A DNA stretch of 64,000 bases from Candidatus Saccharimonadota bacterium. GTDB taxonomy: Bacteria > Patescibacteriota > Saccharimonadia > Saccharimonadales > Saccharimonadaceae. Location of the stretch: positions 33,710-97,709 of the forward strand of contig JAEUQU010000001.1 of NCBI GenBank assembly GCA_016789455.1, given 5' to 3'. Positions 59,238 through 64,000 of this stretch are shown piece after piece. How positions within the stretch are numbered: position 1 is the stretch's first letter; every line of letters starts with the position of its first letter. Under the pieces are notes generated by a model. It saw only the letters and a program-made list of their open reading frames with translations, was not told where the DNA came from and ran no database searches. The position numbers were made by a program, and so were the translations under genes.

Positions 59238-59894
59238 ATGGTAAAAGAAGAAAAATCCCGCCCCGACTCCGCCTCCACGGCCGCCGAGGATGACGGCCCA
59301 TTTCCCTGGAAAGAATGGTTCTTGCTGCGCCTCATCGTCTTTGGCGCCATCGCCATCCTGTTCTTTGTGGCCCTGAACATCTCGGGCTTCTTTGCGGACA
59401 AGGCGGCGACCAATCTGCGCACCACGCGTGATGCGGAGTCACGTATTTCCAGTGAAGACCTGAAAAAAGTCTCCGCCGGCATCGACAAGGCTTATCAGAC
59501 CTTGCCAGCCGAGCTGCCGCTGACCTACCGCGACGCCCAGGATGTCTGCACCGAAGATATCGAAGGCACCGAACGCATCGTCTGCTTCAAGAAGAGTGCC
59601 TACGCCAAGCTGCGCGTCAAGGCGGGCGAGCCGCAGGGCTTACACTTGTCTGATACTATCGCCGCTCACTTCACCACCGCCAAGTGGCAGCAAGAAAAAT
59701 ATGAGGTCGTCAAACAGGACGGCGCCACCGTTGCTCGCAGCGACAGCGACGGCAGCGACATCAAGGATGTTCGGCTGTTCTTCCGCTCTGCAACAATTGA
59801 GGGCAAGCAATACTGCGCCGGCATTGTGTACACTGCGCAGAATGAAGTGCAGTGGATCGGTACTATAAAGGAGTGCGTTCAGAGCCAGCCCTAA
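59238..59894 (+). CDS. N-anchored four-cysteine ectodomain protein (same architecture as copies A-D)
   Basis: 218 aa with TM segment LLRLIVFGAIAILFFVALNISGFF. The Cys pairs are CTEDIEGTERIVC and CAGIVY...KEC. TACAAT lies 11 nt upstream of the ATG. Confidence 0.5.
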   Translation: MVKEEKSRPDSASTAAEDDGPFPWKEWFLLRLIVFGAIAILFFVALNISGFFADKAATNLRTTRDAESRISSEDLKKVSAGIDKAYQTLPAELPLTYRDAQDVCTEDIEGTERIVCFKKSAYAKLRVKAGEPQGLHLSDTIAAHFTTAKWQQEKYEVVKQDGATVARSDSDGSDIKDVRLFFRSATIEGKQYCAGIVYTAQNEVQWIGTIKECVQSQP

Positions 59895-60370
59895 GCGCCG
59901 CGTGACATCATGGCGTGCGTGATAGCCGCCGCCAGCGCATCCGCGCAGTCATCCGGCTTGGGCACTTCGGTCAGGCCGAGATTGATACGCACCATCTCCT
60001 GCACCTGCTTCTTATCCGCCTTACCATAACCGGTGACGGTCTGCTTGATCTGCATCGGCGTGTATTCAAAGATGGTCAGGCCAGCCTGCTTGCCGGCCAG
60101 CATAGCCACGCCACGGGCATGACTGACACTGATGGCGGTGGTGACATTGCGCGCAAAGAACAGCTTTTCGATGCTCATCTGTGTAGGGCTGCTTAGCTTG
60201 ATGACCTCTTGGATTGCTTCGTAAATCTCGACCAGCCGCTCATCAAGCGCCTGATGCACCTTGGTGCGCACCACGCCGGCATCAACCATCTTGAACTTAT
60301 TATTGACGATATCGACCACCCCGAAACCCAGGATGCCGGTGCCAGGATCGATGCCCAGAATCCGTGTCAC
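59891..60370 (-). CDS. ruvC: Holliday junction resolvase RuvC
   Basis: MTRILGIDPGTGILGFGVV start, with the catalytic acidic residues in the expected context (SIEKLFF, DCADALAAAITHA). Confidence 0.9.
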   Translation of the reverse strand: MTRILGIDPGTGILGFGVVDIVNNKFKMVDAGVVRTKVHQALDERLVEIYEAIQEVIKLSSPTQMSIEKLFFARNVTTAISVSHARGVAMLAGKQAGLTIFEYTPMQIKQTVTGYGKADKKQVQEMVRINLGLTEVPKPDDCADALAAAITHAMMSRGA

Positions 60371-60373
60371 TGT

Positions 60374-61096
60374 CTACTCGGCAATCGTGAAGTTGGAGTG
60401 GACGTTGACGACGTCAGCCAGGTCGTCGAGGGCGTCCATCAGTTTCATGATCTTACCGGCAACTTCGGCATCGGTGATCTCGATAGTGGTATTGGGAACG
60501 TATGTCAGCTCGGCACTCTCCAGAGCCAGGCCGCGGGCGCGCAGGTCGTCACGGACGGCCGCCAGTTCCTTAGGGTCGGTGTAGACGGCCAGTTCGCCTT
60601 CTTCGATCTGTTCGGCGTCTTCCGCGCCGGCCTCGATGGCGGCCATCATCGCCTCGTCAGCGTCACCGACGAAGTTTGCCCGGATCATACCTTTACGGGC
60701 AAACTGGAAAGCCACGGCACCGGGCTCTGCCAGGTTGCCGCCGTTCTTGGCGAAGGCGTTACGGACATCGGGGTAGGTGCGGTTTTTGTTGTCGGTGGCG
60801 CACTCGACGATGATAGCGATACCACCAGGACCGTATCCTTCGTACGTCGCTTCCTCGACCGCCACCGCTGATTTATCGGTGACGCGCTGGATGGCCCGCT
60901 CGATGTTGTTCAGCGGCATGCCGGCCTTCTTGGCCTTCTCGATGATCATAGCCAAGTTGGCGTTCATACTGGGGTCGCCGCCGCCCCGGGCTGCAACCGC
61001 TATCTGGTTGCCCAGCTTGGTAAAGAGTGCCCCGCGCTTGGCGTCATTGGCGCCCTTTTGCCGCTTGATGGTCGCCCATTTGGAGTGTCCTGACAT
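60374..61096 (-). CDS. yebC: YebC/PmpR-family DNA-binding transcriptional regulator
   Basis: Start at ATG 61094-61096 (MSGHSKWATIKRQKGANDAKRG). Confidence 0.9.
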   Translation of the reverse strand: MSGHSKWATIKRQKGANDAKRGALFTKLGNQIAVAARGGGDPSMNANLAMIIEKAKKAGMPLNNIERAIQRVTDKSAVAVEEATYEGYGPGGIAIIVECATDNKNRTYPDVRNAFAKNGGNLAEPGAVAFQFARKGMIRANFVGDADEAMMAAIEAGAEDAEQIEEGELAVYTDPKELAAVRDDLRARGLALESAELTYVPNTTIEITDAEVAGKIMKLMDALDDLADVVNVHSNFTIAE

Positions 61097-61229
61097 GAAT
61101 GCCGCCTTTCTTGTTGCTGCCCGCGGCAGTGGCTGGCAGACTGCCATGAGAGCGCCGGGGCATATAGTAGGATATTACCTATATTATAACAGATGTAAGC
61201 GAACTTGTCAGACCTCCGTCGCGCCTTTC

Positions 61230-62681
61230 TCAGACAATCTGCCGGCTCAGCGCCTCCTCCCGCTGCTGCCGCGACAGCTTTAACCACGAAAGCCCCAGCA
61301 CTAACAGGATGAGCGCATACCAGAACACCATTGCCGGCGGCCCGATATACACCTCGATAGCCGCCCACGGCACGGCACTCATCTGAAATATGATCCAAAC
61401 GATAAGTGCCAGGATGGCATGCGCCGGTATAGCCACGATGGCAGCGACACCCGGAAGTGCCAGGTCGGTGAACCCGGCGATTGCCACCAGCAGCATCGCC
61501 AGCGGAATCAAGGGCACAATCACCACGTTGGCCAGCAGCCCCAATATCGACAGGTTGCCAAAGAACAGCAGGGTGATCGGCAACGTCATCAGCTGCGCCA
61601 CGAAGGCCTCGATGGCGATCTGCACCAGCATCGGCGGCGGGCGCTCCGGCCAGAAGGTCGTCGTTACGAGCGGTACCACCAGCAAGATACCGGCAAAGGC
61701 CGTGAAGCTTAGCCACCAACCGATATCACCCCACAGATACGGTGGATAAACGAAAGCCGTCCCCGCCATCACCAACAGCAATGCCACCAATGGCTGCATC
61801 TGCCGCCCGTAGTACCATGCCAATAATGAGATGCCGCTGACCAGGCCGGCTCGTATCATGCTCGGGCTGTTGCCGGTGATCATAAGGAACGTAGCTATCA
61901 GGCCCAGGCTCAGCAGCAGTGTTTGCAGACGCGACTGCTTTTCGCGCAGCTTCTTGGCCGCCCGTACCAACACCGTCAGGTTGTAGCCACTTGCCACTAC
62001 CACATGCGTCAGCGATAGCTGCTGCAGGGCCGTATTCATATCCGGCGGCAATGAGGCCTTCATTCCGATGACAAACCCCAGACCCAGACTGGCATGGGGC
62101 TCGGGCAGCACAGAGGTCACGCCCACTGCGAACCGGCTCCGCAGCAGATCGAACGGGTGCTGCTCATGCGCGATGACCTGCACCTGCGCAAACGACATAC
62201 TCCCCTGGAACGGCCCGAACCCGTCGCGCAGCTTGCCGTTCACCCGCACCCGGTCATGGCGGGTGATGTCCGGTGAGGAGGGCGTCGTGATGAACAGATC
62301 GCCGTTCAGCCGTAACGGCCCTTTGTCCGTCGTCACCGCAATCTCCTCTATTACGAACTGCTTGGCGCCGCTTTTGCCAAAGACCGGGTCCTCTTTCACC
62401 AGCCCTTCCACCTGGATCTTCCGATCTGTGAAGCCCTTGTAGGATGCAACCGATGCCAAAAACGCCGTACCTTGCATAGCACCGAGCAGGCCGCCCAGTA
62501 GCGCGACGACGACCACCGCCAATCTGCTCTTTTTGATACTGACGGCCATAATCAGCCCGACCAGCGGCAAGGCCCACCACGGCTCTCCTATCCGGACTCC
62601 GACCTGGCACGAGGCCAAGCCCAGCAGGATTGCCAGGAAGAGCCAGATGAGCAGTGTGGTACGGTAGACTTTTTGTTGCAT
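61230..62681 (-). CDS. comEC: ComEC/Rec2-family DNA internalisation channel (competence domain only, no beta-lactamase-like domain)
   Basis: 483-aa polytopic ORF with an N-terminal OB-like/DUF4131 region (VEGLVKEDPVFGKSGAKQFVIEE). The competence-domain core is LSLTHVVVASGYNLTVL. Confidence 0.75.
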   Translation of the reverse strand: MQQKVYRTTLLIWLFLAILLGLASCQVGVRIGEPWWALPLVGLIMAVSIKKSRLAVVVVALLGGLLGAMQGTAFLASVASYKGFTDRKIQVEGLVKEDPVFGKSGAKQFVIEEIAVTTDKGPLRLNGDLFITTPSSPDITRHDRVRVNGKLRDGFGPFQGSMSFAQVQVIAHEQHPFDLLRSRFAVGVTSVLPEPHASLGLGFVIGMKASLPPDMNTALQQLSLTHVVVASGYNLTVLVRAAKKLREKQSRLQTLLLSLGLIATFLMITGNSPSMIRAGLVSGISLLAWYYGRQMQPLVALLLVMAGTAFVYPPYLWGDIGWWLSFTAFAGILLVVPLVTTTFWPERPPPMLVQIAIEAFVAQLMTLPITLLFFGNLSILGLLANVVIVPLIPLAMLLVAIAGFTDLALPGVAAIVAIPAHAILALIVWIIFQMSAVPWAAIEVYIGPPAMVFWYALILLVLGLSWLKLSRQQREEALSRQIV

Positions 62682-62841
62682 TGATGGGCATATATTTGTC
62701 GTGTTATAGGTTGCCGTGTCGCACTATATGCCCCTCAATGCTTAGCTTCCAAGCATGGCCGTTTCAATCATTAAATGGCAATAATAATTTCCCGGTGGCG
62801 CGTCGTAACGCTACAATAAAGACATAAACAGGCACAACAAA

Positions 62842-63417
62842 ATGGCAAAACAAAAACCAGTAGCACACCTCCACATAATCGTCATCGTCGCAGGCGTCCT
62901 TGCACTGCAGGTCGCTACATTATCGATGGTATGGATTCAGCACATAGCAGCCGAGTCGCGTTTCGACAAGATAGAGGAACGCCTGGCATTGCAGCTCCCT
63001 ACCAGTGACGATGAAGCCTTCGGCAGCAAACCGGTAGTCGCACCGGCCGAAAAACGCGTCTACCTGCCGGAGCTAGGTCTGTACCTGCCGATGACGCACG
63101 CATCACTTGATGCCCGCTACCGCGTCACCGACCACAGCGGCGGCGGCACCCAGGACGTCGTCTTCACCTCCGGCACCAACTACAGCCTGCAGTCCGAAGA
63201 TGCCTCCGACGACCGCTGCGTCGACCTGGTCCGCCTCGAGATCGGTGCACAGCAATCCCAGCCACGCAGCGACGAAACAACGCTTGATCCGTTCAAACTC
63301 AAAGACGGCCGTATGGTGTACGGCTACGTCAACAACGCCGAGAAGCTATGCCACGACGAATGGATCGTCACGCCCGCCCAGGTGGCCGACGTCGTCAAGC
63401 AGTTGCAGTCGTACTAA
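62842..63417 (+). CDS. hypothetical N-anchored protein
   Basis: 191 aa with TM segment LHIIVIVAGVLALQVATLSMVWI and two Cys. The overlapping ORF 63107-63592 is Pro/Ala/Thr low-complexity. Confidence 0.45.
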   Translation: MAKQKPVAHLHIIVIVAGVLALQVATLSMVWIQHIAAESRFDKIEERLALQLPTSDDEAFGSKPVVAPAEKRVYLPELGLYLPMTHASLDARYRVTDHSGGGTQDVVFTSGTNYSLQSEDASDDRCVDLVRLEIGAQQSQPRSDETTLDPFKLKDGRMVYGYVNNAEKLCHDEWIVTPAQVADVVKQLQSY

Positions 63418-63485
63418 CCCAGCGCCTGACCCGTCTCTACCAATTAAAAAGACCGGCACATCACTTGTATGTGCCGGTCTTTTCG

Positions 63486-63962
63486 TTACACCTCCTCAAC
63501 CAACGTCCCCAACACCTCCACCGACTGCCGCCAGCCACCCTCCATGCCACTGGCCACGTAGGCGTCGCGCCCTTCGACGCTCTGCACCGTAACGGTGGTG
63601 CGCACCTCGGTAGTGTTGTCATCAAGGGCGACGAACTCAGCCTTCTCCAAAGAGACCACGCCGCGTTCCGGCAGGCCCAGGAACTCATTGGTCTGGATGA
63701 TGCGCTCGTTCTCGGCCACTTCATGGATCGTGCCGCGGAAAGCATATTCGTTGCCGTCCTCGGCAACTTCAGCGATGTGCCAGGTGCCGCCGGTCACCGC
63801 GTTGAATTCGTATACCTTCACTTCATGCCCACGTCCCCACCATTTTTTAAACAGTTCAGGGTCAGTGTACGCTTTAAAAACTTTCGCCAGCGGCGCCTTG
63901 ATGACCGCCGTGCCCAAAATGTTTTGTGAACCTGCTGGTGCTTCTACTTTCAATGTCGCCAT
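63486..63962 (-). CDS. SRPBCC-superfamily protein (AHSA1/START-like)
   Basis: 158 aa. The length and pattern, including KAPLAKVFKAYTDPELFKKWWG...G.W, are typical of Aha1-like SRPBCC proteins. Confidence 0.7.
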   Translation of the reverse strand: MATLKVEAPAGSQNILGTAVIKAPLAKVFKAYTDPELFKKWWGRGHEVKVYEFNAVTGGTWHIAEVAEDGNEYAFRGTIHEVAENERIIQTNEFLGLPERGVVSLEKAEFVALDDNTTEVRTTVTVQSVEGRDAYVASGMEGGWRQSVEVLGTLVEEV

Positions 63963-64000
63963 GGTTATTCCTCCTCGAGCATCCGCTCTAAATTATCGTA

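Noticed and set aside
1-64000. Search for CRISPR arrays, rRNA genes, IS elements with terminal inverted repeats, and long exact direct repeats
   Set aside because: I found no regularly spaced direct repeats, no rRNA-like sequence and no transposase ORF by eye. An automated repeat finder could still detect short or degenerate arrays that I missed.
63966-64000. Possible 3' end of another minus-strand gene just upstream of the SRPBCC gene
   Set aside because: Only about 35 nt are available in the window, which is too little to support any call.

Overview
This is a gene-dense 64-kb bacterial chromosomal segment. The backbone is moderately GC-rich and is interrupted by several visibly AT-richer accessory blocks. 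Backbone genes are RNase Y, RecA/RecX, RuvA/RuvB/RuvC, YebC, TsaB/TsaE, MurT/GatD, Bcp, RdgB, ComEC, and a monoderm-style type IV pilus set (PilB, PilC, PilM, PilN, PilO-like, two prepilins and one pilin-like gene, with no secretin in the window). There are also many N-terminally anchored ORFans. This content suggests a small-genome Gram-positive-like lineage, probably Patescibacteria/CPR (Saccharibacteria-like). That placement is inference from gene content only. I found four tRNAs (Arg-UCU, Gly-UCC, Pro-CGG, Pro-UGG), no rRNA and no CRISPR array. There are three accessory blocks. (1) 1-1.4 kb and 11.0-17.1 kb carry repeated cassettes of a small polytopic membrane protein plus N-anchored four-cysteine ectodomain proteins. 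The larger cassette lies directly downstream of a 1070-aa secreted SGNH-hydrolase protein. (2) 23.2-27.4 kb holds an 867-aa secreted HEXXH protein followed by two paralogous anchored proteins. (3) 35.6-42.3 kb is an AT-rich island abutting tRNA-Pro(UGG). It carries a stand-alone reverse transcriptase, a structured non-coding element whose two arms are inverted decayed copies of the tRNA-Pro 3' end, an orphan small-terminase-like gene, an Xre-ImmA/IrrE + DUF4411 pair, a RibD_C-like gene and a large serine recombinase whose ORF reads antisense through the tRNA. The RT plus its downstream RNA element is my best candidate for an undescribed system. Other points of note are a membrane-anchored double-AAA+ Clp-type ATPase with a degenerate first Walker B, a lamin-tail/lysine-rich surface protein heading the pilin operon, a 17-kb co-localisation of DNA-uptake and recombination genes, and a recurrent TGCTATACT-type extended -10 box a few nt from many start codons (leaderless transcripts). 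All family names come from motif recognition by eye. No database search was run.
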